From positions 11,092,014 to 11,156,013 of the forward strand of contig NC_090406.1 of the NCBI RefSeq assembly GCF_036365525.1: a stretch of DNA of 64,000 nucleotides, in the 5' to 3' direction. Positions 11,403 to 24,002 of the stretch are shown here, piece after piece. This stretch comes from Heterodontus francisci. Lineage: Eukaryota. Position numbers and translations under genes: made by a program. Position 1 is the stretch's first letter, and every line of letters starts with the position of its first letter. Under the pieces are notes generated by a model. That model was not told the DNA's origin. It saw only the letters and a program-made list of their open reading frames with translations, and did no database searches.

Positions 11403-12564
11403 TGTAGGGTGTGAGAGACCCCTGTGGAGCCGTACTCTTGACATAACAGGAATGAGTGACTCAACACCAAATAAGAGTTAAAACAGTAAATTTATTGAGT
11501 AATTATTAAACAATTATTAATGATAGAAAAGGAAATAAAGATAACTTTATTGAAAAGAAAGGAAGGAAAAGAGTATAGAAAGACAAAAAATCTTAAAGCA
11601 CACTGCTATAACCCCAAATTCGTCTGTTCACAACAGCTCCCTAAAATGGTACAGTGTTCCCCTTGGTGCATACACCACCAAGTTTCCAAAAATCTTATAG
11701 CACACTGCTATAACCCCAAATTATTCTGTCAGGACAGCTCCCTAAATTGGTACTGTTCCCCCTTGGTACATACATCACCAAGTCTATGGAGAACCTTGCA
11801 CGGGGCTGGACTCTCCGGTCAGTCACTCCGTCGACGTCCCTTCCTCCGTTGTCGTCACTGGATGATTAGTCCACTCCAACTGCAGCCCCGAATGTTGGAT
11901 GCTGTGCCCCTTTAAGTCCAATTTCTGGCTCCATGCCAGATTTCTGAGGCCTCCATCAGACGTTCTCAAAATAGGAGTCTGACAACCATGAGTCCTTATC
12001 GAATTCTTCTCACAGGCACTATGAGGCTGTTCAGGCTGTTTACACATCTTTTGATGGTGTCTCTCACCTGCTATCAATTAGGTTATACTGTCCATCAATT
12101 AAACTCCATCTCCTGATACCACACCATAGTGGACCACCCCATGTGCAAGGTTATCCATTGTCCTGGCTTGTCGTTCAAGAGTCATCAAATACCATAGGAA
12201 CTGACTTCTGTTTAAACAATGGAAAGCAACGGTTATTTTCCAGAAGAGAAAAATATTAGTTCAGACAAAACAACAGCTCTGCATAGCCTGGCTTGACCAG
12301 CATGAAAGCAAAAGGAAAAAGTTCTTGGATAAAACAAGTTCACAGTTAATACTAATTACCATTGATTACATAATTAATTAATTACTTGACTTAATCAGAA
12401 CACAATCACATTTAGTTTTATATCAATGTCTACAAAGTAACCTTTATAAATTCACTACAGGCTTAATTCAGGTTTTAAAAAAAAATCAGATGCAAGGCGA
12501 AAGCAAGGCAGAAGTAAAATGCAAAAACATACTAAACGTAGTGGCTGCAGGCCACAGGCACACA
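11403..12564 (-). mobile_element. Solo LTR (ERV- or Gypsy-type)
   Basis: TGT...ACA termini, 4-bp TSD ATGT (11399-11402, 12565-12568), AATAAA on the minus strand near 11491 and 11546, clean interruption of a CR1. Confidence 0.8.
11586..11784. repeat. About 100-bp tandem duplication inside the LTR
   Basis: AAAAATCTTA(A/T)AGCACACTGCTATAACCCCAAATT..ACAGCTCCCTAAA..CCCCTTGGT..CACCAAGT occurs twice. Confidence 0.9.
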
Positions 12565-13594
12565 ATGTTGCCTCTTGATCCTTTTGCCAAGTAACTTTAA
12601 AAGAAAAGCTAAATGCATGAAAGAGTGTTTTTCAGATGCTCATTTATAATCACTTGGGAACTAGGAAACTGATAACACAGTAAACAAAGATGCAAAATAT
12701 CAAGATGGGATGGATGATATGTGCATCCTCCATTGCGAAACTGTCCTAGCTTTTTGTATTTGTAGAGTGCGCGGTCTAAGTTCAACTTCCAGCAATAGCA
12801 GAGGCAGAGATGCACTCTTTTTGATGGAATTTTTCTATCAGGCCCAGTCACAGAGAGGTGCCTTTACCAATATGGTAGGCAACAGACTTCTGGTGGAGAA
12901 TGTGCATGCAACAATGTTTAGGCATCATTTTATACCTATAAATTGAGCTCAGTGGCAACGAGTGTCTCGGCTCATGACTAAGTGGGTAAACTTGTTGAAG
13001 CAATACAAAAGAAATACAAAGCATTTAGGTTGTATTTCAATAATGTTTAATTTACATTGGTATCCCTTTAACAGGGAGATCTATGTAGGAAAGACCATAA
13101 TGGACTTGAATTGTGCCAACATCTTGAATGCTCCAAAATGTGCTTAATTTGTTCATATAACATTGCCCCTTTAAAAGGCAAATGCTACCAATGAAAGGTT
13201 TGTCGAAAGAATACATTTCTCTCCAAAGTCCATCAGATATATTTCTCTTAAAAGAAAGTAACATCTGTTTGGGTTCAAGTAGGCTCAGAATGGCATCTGG
13301 TAAATGAGTTGACCCTCTGTTGCAGACTCCGTAATACGATGGCAGGTGAGTCTGTAGAATTCCAGGGCTCTGTTGATGATTGAGCAGGCAGCCTGGCTCA
13401 TTGATAGGAACTGCATGGTCAGTCACAGCTCGGTTTCTTCCCACTCTGATTAAGTCTGTAAGCCAGTAGTTTATTGGGTCGAGTGGACAAGCTGGACAAG
13501 CAATGGGAAGCTTACCTGTGCATTGGCCTAGTGAGCTGCACAGTTTTGGATCGCTAAACTTCAGTATTATCCCCACACACACCTGAGGGATCAT

Positions 13595-13910
13595 TAAGCC
13601 ATCTTTCACACAGCAAGATCCCACAGGCAGCATTAAGATGAAGGGCTGGTGAATCTGTTTTATGAAGGTAAGATTGACTGGCCAGCGCACAAGGAGAAGT
13701 CTTTTCCTTTATTGAAAGGGTGATTGGGTTCGTTAACTGAACAAATCCACACAAGGTCTCTGTTTAATCTTTCACCCAAAAGGAATTCCTGACTGTTTAG
13801 CACTCCCTCAGTACTGCGCTGAAGTGTCAGGCTAGATTATGTGCTCAAGTCTCTTGAATCCATAGCCTTCTGCTCTGGAGGCATTGCCAACTGAGCAAAC
13901 CTGCCACTCG
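13595..13910 (-). mobile_element. DeuSINE, decayed
   Basis: CACAGCAAGATCCCACA and AGCACTCCCTCAGTACTGCGCTGAAGTGTCAGGCTAGATTATGTGCTCAAG. Confidence 0.75.
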
Positions 13911-13964
13911 GTTAAAAAGAAATGGTAGTTATTTAAACCTTAAAACTTTCCATAAAGAGATAAT

Positions 13965-14070
13965 GTAAACTCTTTCTCTCTCCACAGATGCTGCCTGCGC
14001 TGCTGAGTATTGCAAGTATTTTCTGTTTGTAAGTTCAGGTTTCCAGCATCTGCAGTATTTTGTTTTTGTA
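13965..14070 (+). mobile_element. Penelope-like terminal fragment
   Basis: AACTCTTTCTCTCTCCACAGATGCTGCC..TTCCAGCATCTGCAGTATTTTG. Confidence 0.75.
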
Positions 14071-14974
14071 CCAGCGATGAGCAATAATGTTGAGACAGAG
14101 GCAAAGAGGCATTAGTTGAAAAACTTGTTGCTGTAGATAAGGTTTACACTAATGAGCTGACATATCCGAAAGGATTCATGACTGCCTGATATGTAGTCAG
14201 TACCATTACAATATCTTTGTTTAATCTATCTTGTTTCCGTGAGACTGCACTGGACACATCTCTCACGGAAGAAACTGACTTCATTCTGCATTTCTTAGAA
14301 TTGGCAAAAAATAGCTAGCATGAACTAAAGCTGGTGAATTGCTTATCACTGAGCCCAGAGTGAATAGCACGCCTGGTTTGAGCAGCTCTCTCCCCCCTGG
14401 CAGATGCCCGAACATTTTATTTTTTCCTTTTTAGCTTCAGAGTGTGTGGCGAGACTCATTTCTTTCAAATAAAATATGGTAAATTTTCGTGCATATCATG
14501 GCTGCTGGGGTGGGGAGGAGAAATATTCCTTCTTTTATATCCTTTACAGTAAGAAAGGAAGGGCTCGTGTTTATGTCGCATTTTATTGCATTTAGGGATG
14601 ACTCCAGAGTGCTTAACAGCCAATGAATGACTTTATGGACGGCAGTCACCAATAGTATATAGTTGGTACCTACCTGTCAGGTATAACCTGGGCTGTATAC
14701 AACGTAAAGGATCATCCACTCTGTCCCAAAAATACAGCAACCCCAGAAGAAAGTCTCTTACATTTGCCACATTAGGTATCCTAATGATTGAGATTGCCGT
14801 GTTAGTGCTGAATGTGATGGGTACTTTGGTGATATGAACTCACTAGGAACTACAGAGGAGACAATTCAGCCCATCATTTATGTACAGACTATTTACTAGA
14901 GCAATCTACTTCCCATAGTCTTGTATCTTCCTCTAGTTCCCATGTTTATCTCCTCTTCCATTGACAAATGCAAT

Positions 14975-15676
14975 GGGCTGAATTTTCCTGACATTGGGAG
15001 GAACCCAACATTGGGACCATTTCCAGGTCCCAACCCCGCATGGGCCAGAGGTTCACCAACAGATGGAATCTTCTGGGCGTTCGCTATCCCCAGGTTCCAA
15101 GGTGGGAGGCCCAATAGGAGGGCCCGCAGCACTGAATGGACAGCCGAACTACTGGAAGAGGTGAGTGCTGCTGACGTAGATACGCTCTCGCGATTGTCTA
15201 TCAATATGGATCCGCTCGCCAACCCCTTCTACAACTGTTAGATCAAAGAGACCCACAGCAGGTGGAGCCATCGATGTGGAGCGGGAACCAGTTTTGGCTG
15301 CGGTGACGGCCTCTTGTTTCGGTGCCTTTATTGGGGCATGGAGCCTCCGTATCCGATGGCCCCAAGCCCTCACTGGCCTGCTATTGGGTGGCAGTCTTTA
15401 AAGAGCTGGCAAGCTCTGCACACGGTGGGCACTGGGGGGCCACTCCAATGGCGGGAAGATCCCATCTCCATCGGAAAATGGCCCTAATTGGGCTCTTAAG
15501 TGGCATAATTGGCTGTCTGCCTTGTTGGAGCAGGCTGCTGACTTTCTTCCCTGTCCACCCCTGGAAAATTCCCATAGAGGTGGGAATGCATCGGGGAGTT
15601 GTCCCCAACAGGCTCCCCACTATTTTCCTAGCCCTGTCTCCAACACGGTCTTTACGGGACCGGGAAAATTCAGCCC
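14975..15676. mobile_element. PIF/Harbinger-type MITE
   Basis: Perfect 14-bp TIR GGGCTGAATTTTCC / GGAAAATTCAGCCC with TSD AAT. Confidence 0.85.
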
Positions 15677-16059
15677 AATGTATCTGCATCAACTACATTT
15701 TTTTATTCATTCATGGGATGCAGGCATCGCTGTGATGAGCAACCACCTTCTCAAGAGAAGTTAGGCATGGGAAATAAATGCTGGCCTTGCCAACGGTGCC
15801 CACATCCTATGAACATATTAAAAAAATTTAATTCTAGTAACTGTCTGCATAAAAGAACTTTTTGTAACTTCTTGTACCAGTTTTAAATTGATGATCCCTC
15901 GTCACTGACTTTCCAACCAATGGAAAGTGCTTTTCCCTATCAGAGATCTTCATAATTTTAAAACTCTCTTGATTATCTTCTCTAGTGTAGTGTTGTCCAA
16001 TACATTAGCCACCAGTAACGTGTGGCTAATTAGGAATCCAGATGTGCCTTTTTTTAGGG

Positions 16060-16589
16060 GGATATGGGCCTCACTGGCTAGGCCAGCATTTATTGCCCAT
16101 CCCTAATTGCCCTTGAGAAGGTGGTGGCAAGCTGCTTTCTTGAACCGCTGCAGTCCATTTGGGTATAGGTACACCCACAGTGCTGTTAACAAGGGAGTTC
16201 CAGGATTTTGACCCAGCGACAGTGAAGGAACGGCGATATAGTTCCAAGTCATGATGGTGTGTGGCTTGGAGGGGAACTTGCAGGCAGTGGTTTTTCCATG
16301 GATCTACTGCCCTTGTCCTTCTAGCTGGTAGAGGTTGCGGGTTTGGAAGGTGCTGTCGAAGGAGCATTGGTGTGTTGCTGCTGTGAATCTTGTAGATGGT
16401 ACACACTGCTGCCACTGTGCATCAACAGTGGAGGGAGTGAATGTTGAAGGTAGTTTTTGGGGTGCCAATCAAGCGGGCTGCTTTGTCCTGGATAGTGTTG
16501 CGCTTCTTGAGTGTTGTTGGAGCTGCACCCATCCAGGCAAGTGGAGAGTATGCCATCACACTCCTGACTTGTGCTTTGTAGATGGTGGG
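16060..16589 (-). mobile_element. CR1-group (Crack/Daphne-like) LINE, 5'-truncated
   Basis: TIYKAQVRSVMAYSPLAWMGAAPTTLKK..IQDKAARLIG and AAVCTIYKIH ORFs. Confidence 0.85.
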
Positions 16590-16820
16590 GAGGCAGTGGC
16601 CTAGTGGTATTATCACTAGACTAGTAACCCAGCGCTCCAGGCTAATGCTCTGGGGACATGGGTTCGAATCCCACCACACAGATGGTGGAATTTGAATTCA
16701 ATTAATAAAAATCTGGAATTAAAAAACTAGTCTAGTCCAGTGGTGATTATGAAACCATTGTTGATTGTTGTGAAAATGCATCTGGTTCACTAATGTCCTT
16801 CAGAGAAGGAATTCTGCCAT
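16590..16820 (+). mobile_element. tRNA-derived SINE, 5' part
   Basis: A box TGGCCTAGTGG, B box GGTTCGAATCC, body GAATTCAATTAATAAAAATCTGG..CTGGTTCACTAATGTCCTT; related copies at 9378 and 43940. Confidence 0.75.
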
Positions 16821-17524
16821 TACAGGATGTGCAAAAGAGATTAAAGATGTATGTAAACTCCAAGGGGACCTGACCAGACACCAGGAAGCCAGCAGTTTCC
16901 AATGTATTGGGACCACTATGGAAATAGCAGCCTCAGTCAGGGATATTGCACTCCATTATCAACTAACACAGTATCAGAACGAGTTCAGAAAACTTTGGAG
17001 ACACTCTGAGTCAGGCAGCATCTGTGAAGAAACCATGAGCCAGTGACATCTCAAGTTTAAACCCTTCCTCGAGAAAGGCCAGCACTTGTGTTATTTTCAC
17101 ATTATGATGAGAACATGTTCACTGTTTCCATTCATTCACATCGGCTACATAGGAAAACAAACAGGGAATTCAAAGAAGTACAAGAATAAGTTCAAAAAAT
17201 GTCTAACCACAGTTTAAGAGCTCTGCGACTCTATAAATTGTGAATGAGACAGTGTGATGGGATTGTAGACAAATGCACCACCCAGAAGCATCGTTACTAG
17301 GTAATTGCGCTGTGCTGCTACATTATCCTATGACCATTTTCATACCTCTCTCAAACCGTGACCTCCACCACCTAGAAGGACAAAGGCAGTAGGCGCATGG
17401 GAGAACCTTGGCTGATTTTGCATTCCCCCTCACCCCAGCCTCAGATTACCAAGGTTAATTATAGCATCTTAAAAGTCCACCTTGGTTGAGATCAGCTACC
17501 TCAGCATAAACTAAGGATTGCAAC

Positions 17525-17980
17525 CCAGTCATGGTTCAGTGGGTAACACTCTCACCTCAGGGACAGAAGATTCAAGTCTCCCTCCACAGATACGAGCACA
17601 AAAATCTAGGCTGAGAGCTGCAGTGCTGAGGGAGTGCTGCACTGTTGCAGGTGCTGTCTTTTAGATGAGACTTTAAATGGAGCCCCTGTCTGCCCTCTCA
17701 GGTGAATGTAAAAGATCCCCCGACACTATTCAAAGAAGAGCAGGGGCGTTCTCCCTCACATCCTGCGCCGTTTTTATCCCTCAACCAACATCACTGAAAT
17801 AGTTTGTCTGGTCATTATCTTGCTGTTTGTGGGAGCTTGCTGTTTGCAAATTGGCTGCTGTGTTTCCTACGTTACAACTGTGACTACACTTCAAAAGTAC
17901 TTCACTAACTGCAAAGCACTTCGGGACATCCTGAGGTTGTGAAAGATGCTATATAAATGCAAATATTGCTTTCTTTCTTA
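17525..17980 (+). mobile_element. DeuSINE (SacSINE1-like), near full length
   Basis: tRNA-like head, CTGAGGGAGTGCTGCACTG..AAAAGATCCC..GCTGTTTGTGGGAGCTTGCTG core, GCTATATAAATGCAA tail. Confidence 0.85.
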
Positions 17981-19236
17981 TCTGTATGGCCTTAGGACAG
18001 TACCAAGCAATGCATCTAGCCACTGGATTGAGGGGAGAGCTTTACACTGCTCTTTTGGTCCAGGCACTATTCATAGTTTATTGGAACACATGACAAAGGG
18101 AAGCTTCCTAGCAGTTGTTTGTGCACTGAAAGTGCTGTCAGGAAGCAGATGTTTGGTGATCTCTCTGATGCTGGTCGAAGAGGCTCACACATGGAGAGAA
18201 GCTGGTGAGTCCTGATGAGATGTGACATAGTTAAACACGTCAACAACAAAACAAAGAGACAAAAATTCAGCCCATGTCATTTTTAAAGGCAGAAGCACCT
18301 CCAGTACTGGGTTCTCAGTTTAGCTGTGAGAAATTTAAAAAAAAACATAACTGACCACCACTTATTAAATATTGGATGTAAATCATATTTCTCCTAAGTA
18401 AGAGAAATCAATGTTATAACTATGACAGACTCATTGCCTTTGTAGTCAGGACCATAAAATTAGCTTTTAATTATAAAAGGCCACACAAATGAATGTATTT
18501 TCAAGAGGATGCAATATCTATCAGTAAGTCCTAGACTGTTAGGGAAAGTGATGCAGTAACACTTCCCTATCTAGGACGTCAGCACTCACTCCTCACTGCA
18601 TCACTCCACTCCCTCGGGGTCTGATTGTGGTGTAGTGTTGCAGGGATGACTATGCCATTCTCCCACACAACAAACAGAAAGGCATGTTGTTGTGTAGTGC
18701 TTTTCTACCTAAGAATCATCACTTCACTTACAATGAATTAGTTGGACATGCAGTCATGTAGGTCAACCTGGCAGCCAATTTGTACACAGTAAAATTCCAT
18801 CATCAGCAATGAGAGTAAAGACCTGTTTATATGCTTTTAGTACTGTTGAGGGAGGGATGTTGGTCAGAATGCTTGGAGAAAGGCTGACTCTTTTATGAAA
18901 AGTACCATGGAATGTTTAACATCCATCTTGAACCAGTGCGTCAGACAGATGAGGCCTCGCATAATGTCCATTCCTCTTTCAATACAAAAACACTAAGTAC
19001 TGGACTCAAGTACCAGTCTTTATTTTGGCTCAAGTCCTAGATTGGGATACAACTTACAATCTTCTGACTCAAAAACTGGCAAAAACAGTGGAAATACGGC
19101 TGCAGTGAGTTGTTGGCTGTGTGAATCAGACAAAGCTCTGATTCAACTCCCACTCGATATTGACTTGGAAGAATTAGGAAGTAGGATGAGGAAATCGTGG
19201 TAGTAATTGTGAAACTCAACATACTGGGGAACATAA

Positions 19237-19585
19237 GGGCGGCACAGTGGTGCAGTGGTTAGCACCGCAGCCTCACAGCTCCAGTGACCCAGGTTCAGTT
19301 CTGGGTACTGCCTGTGCGGAGTTTGCAAGTTCTCCCTGTGTCTGCGTGGGTTTCCGCCGGGTGCTCCGGTTTCCTCCCACCTCCAAAAGACTTGCAGGTT
19401 GATAGGTAAATTGGCCATTGTAAATTGCCCCTAGTGTAGGTAAGTGGTAGGAGAATGGTGGGGATGTGGTAGAGAATTTGGGATTAATGTAGGATTAGTA
19501 TAAATGGGTGGTTGTTGGTCGGCACAGACTCGGTGGGCCGAAGGGCCTGTTTCAGTGCTATATCTATAAATAAATAAAATAAAAA
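19237..19585 (+). mobile_element. V-SINE (HE1-like), full length
   Basis: tRNA-like head GGGCGGCACAGTGG..GGTT; V domain TTCTCCCTGTGTCTGCGTGGGTTTCC..GGGTGCTCCGGTTTCCTCCCAC; CR1-type 3' end with (TAAA)n. Confidence 0.9.
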
Positions 19586-20607
19586 GATGTCACTGTGCAA
19601 ATGTGCTTGTACTCATGGAATCTTGATGGTTGGAGAGCAGCCAGCATCTGTGGAGCACTGTACAAGTGTGTTAAAAGTGTGTTTTTGTTTGTGGAAAACA
19701 CAACCTAAAAAGGACTTTGCTTAATTCTAAGATGATGGAGCAGTGTTTTATGCAAGGAAAGCCTTGAGTACTTCCTTTTACATAGAAGTTACAACAAAGT
19801 GAGAGATCAATCCGTTCACGTTGCTGTTTACTCTCCCCACAAGCTGTATTGCTAATTTCATGTGCCTGCTCTGTTCTCGAATTCCTGTATCCTTCTTTCC
19901 TTTTTCCTCCTAAAGGTGGTGGCTCAGGCTGGGATCAGTTCCACGGGAGTTGGCTGCCCTCTGACTCCTCTATGAAGTGGAAGGTCTTTGTGTGCCAGCA
20001 GAGACAGTGCATTCAGAAGTGGAAAACACCGTGACCTGGTTTTGAAGACTTCTAATTCAGTTTATAATATGTTGCCCATAATTTAATATTAAACTGGAAC
20101 TTTCACTTGGGGGTGAAAAAAACACAAGGTGAGAGAGAGGATAGGTTGTGTGGAAAATACAAAGAAGAACTTCATGCTGGTGAAGTAATGGGTGCTCCTC
20201 TGAGGATGGGGTTTTGGTGTCGGCTTGGACTTTCTAGTTGCTCTTGACTTCAGCACATCTATAGCGGGGCAGGTCTTTCACCCTTGACCCCTGCTGAATT
20301 TATGGCCCAAGTATAAGCTACTAAATGGAGCTAGGCTCCCTAGCTTCCCCAGCCATGACCGAGGTGGCAGACTTCAGTAATAGGCCTTGGAGGTCTCCCA
20401 TTGTGAGTGAATGCTGGCCATCAGTGAAAACATTTTAAAACAAAATTTCATTCCTTCTCTATGGCCTGTGAGAGTTCACGCTCCATGAGTGTTTTGCACA
20501 GGCCCTAGATGATGAAAAGATGTTCTGAAGGCCCCATAATTGACCACAGAACATTGGATGCTTGGGGCTAACAGTCAGCCCTGGGTTCAGAATTCAAATG
20601 AATAATT

Positions 20608-20985
20608 GGGCGGCACAGTGGCGCAGTGGTTAGCACCACAGCCTCACAGCTCCAGTGACCCGGGTTCAATTCTGGGTACTGCCTGTGTGGAGTTTGCAAG
20701 TTCTCCCTGTGTCTGCGTGGGTTTTCTCCGGGTGCTCCGGTTTCCTCCCACAGCCAAAAGACTTGCAGGTTGGTAGGTAAATTGGCCATTATAAAAATTG
20801 CCCCTAGTATAGGTAGGTGGTAGGGAAATATAGGGACAGGTGGGGATGTGGTAGGAATATGGGATTAGTGTAGGATTAGTATAAATGGGTGGTTGATGGT
20901 CGGCACAGACTCGGTGGGCCGAAGGGCCTGTTTCAGTGCTGTATCTCTAAACTTTCAGTGCTGTATCTCTAAACTGAAACTGAAA
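20608..20985 (+). mobile_element. V-SINE (HE1-like), full length, duplicated 3' end
   Basis: Same head and V domain as 19237; 22-nt terminal unit repeated at 20931-20974. Confidence 0.9.
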
Positions 20986-21354
20986 TTGCCATGTAATCAT
21001 GATGGAGGACATATTTCTCTCACCTTTACTGAATTAGCATGTGGGTGAGCATTAGAGTTTTCCTGCAGTCGCCAGGAATCAAAGATCAATCTCCTGGGCA
21101 ACGTTGCAAGCGACGCAGATAAAAATCAGAGGAAATATGGACCTTTGCCTTCACAGCCGCATTTAATCCTTTGCAAGCCAAAGCGAACATTGAGGGTTGT
21201 CCGGTGCACTTTGGAAATAGACAGTTTTTGCGTCGCTCTATAGAACTAAGTCACTAATGCCTTTGCAGCATCTGATGAATCCTCCAGGAATAATGTCCAA
21301 CCACAGTTGCCAACCCAAGTGGACATGTTCTGGGGGCCCAGCCACTGGGAGATT

Positions 21355-21650
21355 ATATAGGATTTACAGCACAGTAATAGGCCATTTGGGCCAACTACTC
21401 TATGCTGGTGTTCCTATGCTCTACGTGAGGCTCTTCCCACCAAGCTTCATCTCACCCTATCAGCATACCCTTCTATTCCTTTCTCCCTCGTGCACTTATC
21501 TGGCTTCCCTTTAAATGCAATTCGCCTCAACCGCTCCCTGTGGTAGCGAGTTCCACATTCTAACCACACTTTGGGTAAAGATGCATTTTCCTGAATTCCC
21601 TATTGAGCTTATCTTATATTTACAGCCCCTTGTTTTAGACTGCCCCAGAA
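21355..21650 (-). mobile_element. CR1 3' fragment
   Basis: TRGCKYKI..FTQSVVRMWNSLPQGAVEA in ORF 21511-21696. Confidence 0.8.
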
Positions 21651-21808
21651 AGTGGTGGGTGAAGATGCGCAAAACAGGGGATATGTTGGAGTGCATGACA
21701 AATCAGTGAGAGGAGGTAGAAAAACCTGAGCCACAGCGCTTGAATAGAGAACAGCTAATGTTATTCTGCATCTGATCTTGCTCCCTGAGTGGTGAGTGCT
21801 GACACTAG

Positions 21809-22552
21809 GGGCAGGATTTTTGGGCCCTGCCAAGGTCAGGAACGAAGGAGGGCGAGGCCGGAAAATACTGGAACGGGCTGTCATGCTGGTTTCCCGACCT
21901 TGTTCCCGGCATTGGCCATTTTTGCTGAGGTGGGTTTGCGGCCTGGCAGGGCTGCCCACTCCCATGAAGCAGGCAGCCAATTAGGCTCAGTAAGAGCTTT
22001 GTTAAAGGTGGGTTAAGAAGGCAGACTGGGATTTTCCAGTTGAACTTCAGTTTCCCGATGCTACAGGGGACAGTTTAACTGCCTGGACGTGGACACCCAG
22101 CAGCAGGGCAGGGGACCAGCTCTTCAGGAAGGCCTACAGGTTGCCTGCCTGGGTGGGATACAGCCAAGGGCCGCCCTATAGCAGAATTTCACCCCCGCCC
22201 CCCCCCCCCCCCCCCCCACCAATCACCAACCTCCACAGTGGTGGCCTGCCTGCTTTTTTTTTTGTACTTTAATTTTTTTTTAAAAGTACTTTCATGTTGA
22301 AGCGCCCTCTCAGTTACTTACCTTTTACTGCAGGTGGGTGCTCTTCTGAAGCTGGAATGCCTCTGATTGGCCCTCCAGCTTCAAGAGTTCGCCCACTGCC
22401 TTTAATTGGACAGGGAACCTGTCTCCATGCCAATTAAGTGGCACCCCGGTCAAAATTCTAACAAGTGACTGTTTCCCCCCTCCAAGAGCGGGTTCAGGAC
22501 CCGGAAACAATCACAGCTCCTGTTTCCCTCTCCCATAACGAAAATTCAGCCC
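21809..22552. mobile_element. PIF/Harbinger-type MITE
   Basis: Ends GGGCAGGATTTT / AAAATTCAGCCC flanked by TAG / GAG; internal poly-C run near 22192-22217. Confidence 0.75.
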
Positions 22553-23567
22553 GAGGAGCCCCCAGTAATCTTCCGTTTCCCAGCAACCTAAACTCAAAGG
22601 ATCCAATAGCCTTCCAAGATATGAGTTTTAATTAAAAAAATAAAGATAGTCATTCAATGTTACAGTGCAGGCGCCATTCTGAGCCTTTACTTCAATGTTA
22701 ATACAAAGTAATCTGTAATAACACGTGGCAACATTGTCAGACAAGTGTTACATTAATAAACAAGTTCACTTTAAAGGGTTAATGGCTGTGTGAACATCAG
22801 CAGGTTATTCGACCGTGGACCATGCTACAGATAAGCTTGATCCTGTCCTCGCTCATTGTCCACACACACCCCTTTGCTAGCAAGTATCACTGGATAGTGA
22901 TCAGATGGAGATATTCTGGTTGACTTTACTCCTCCCTACTTAAGGGCACTGAGGCCAATTGTAGCGCGTTATTACCTGAGCATTTATGGTGACTGAAGTA
23001 TGAGGGAGCTTTAGCAGTTTACACGATTATTATACTGGCTAATAAATATTTAGTTTTATTTCCTGTTTATTGACTTCGGGATTTTCATCTAATTTCTTTG
23101 GTGCATGCAATTTTGCAGTACAATTCTTCTTTTAAAAGATTGCAAAGGGAACAACCTGTTTTGTGGAAGAAAGCTGCAACAACAACTTGCATTTATATAG
23201 CATATTTCTATAGTAAGGCATAGGGACATAGTTACTGTGCTGTGTAACTTAAGTACCAAGATAATGTCTCTAATTGATCATTTCCTGGTATTACAGACTC
23301 TCCCTGGAGTCTGGTTTGGAACACAATTAGTCTCCATTTCGTACAAAAGAAACCGAAGCGGCAACATCAAACACAAGTTGATGGAACAGTCATACCTCAA
23401 CTGGAATTTCAGTGAACTTAGATTTATTTAACCCTTCTGTATCTTTATCACTTACAGCTAGCACCACAGAGACATTTTCTTACCTTTATTTAAATAATAT
23501 TTTTACAATATTAATTTGCTTTACCCATAGTTAACTGATGTTAAAATGACTTATCGTTTTTCCCGAA

Positions 23568-24001
23568 GAACATAGGAACATGCCCATCGAGCCTGTTCCA
23601 CCATTCACTGAGATCATGGCTGATCTGTGACCTAACTCCATATACCTGCCTTTGTCCCATATCACTTAATGCCTTTGGTTAGCAAAAATCTATCAAACTC
23701 AGATTTAAAATTAACCATTGATCGAGCATCAATTGCCATTTTCAGAGAGTTCCAAACTTTTACTACCCTTTCTGTGAAGAATTGTTTCCTAATTTCACTC
23801 CTGAAAGGTCTGATTCTAATTTATAGACCATGCCCCCAGTCCTGACTCCCCAACCAACAGAAATAGTTTCACTCTATCTACCCTATTTGTTCCCCTTAAT
23901 ATCTTGAAAACTTTGATCAAATCACCCCTTAACCTTCTAAATTCCAGAGACTACAACCCTAGTTTGTGTAATCTCTCCTCACAATTTAACCCTTGGAGTC
24001 T
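23568..24001 (-). mobile_element. CR1 3' portion (outer element, resumes at 29074-29245)
   Basis: AGAACATAGGAAC tail through AACCCTTGGAGTC; the expected continuation AATCTAC..CTCCCTCCAAAGCC..CCTTCCTAAAGTGTGG reappears at 29074. Confidence 0.8.
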
Positions 24002-24002
24002 G

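Noticed and set aside
11586-11784. Repeat-spacer (CRISPR-like) array
   Set aside because: Only two adjacent units with no spacers, inside a vertebrate LTR.
13052-13690. 212-aa minus-strand ORF as a gene
   Set aside because: Begins inside a SINE, has a non-ATG start and no recognisable domain.
19237-19310. tRNA genes at SINE heads (also 16590, 31969, 59743)
   Set aside because: A and B boxes continue into SINE bodies; no complete cloverleaf is evident.
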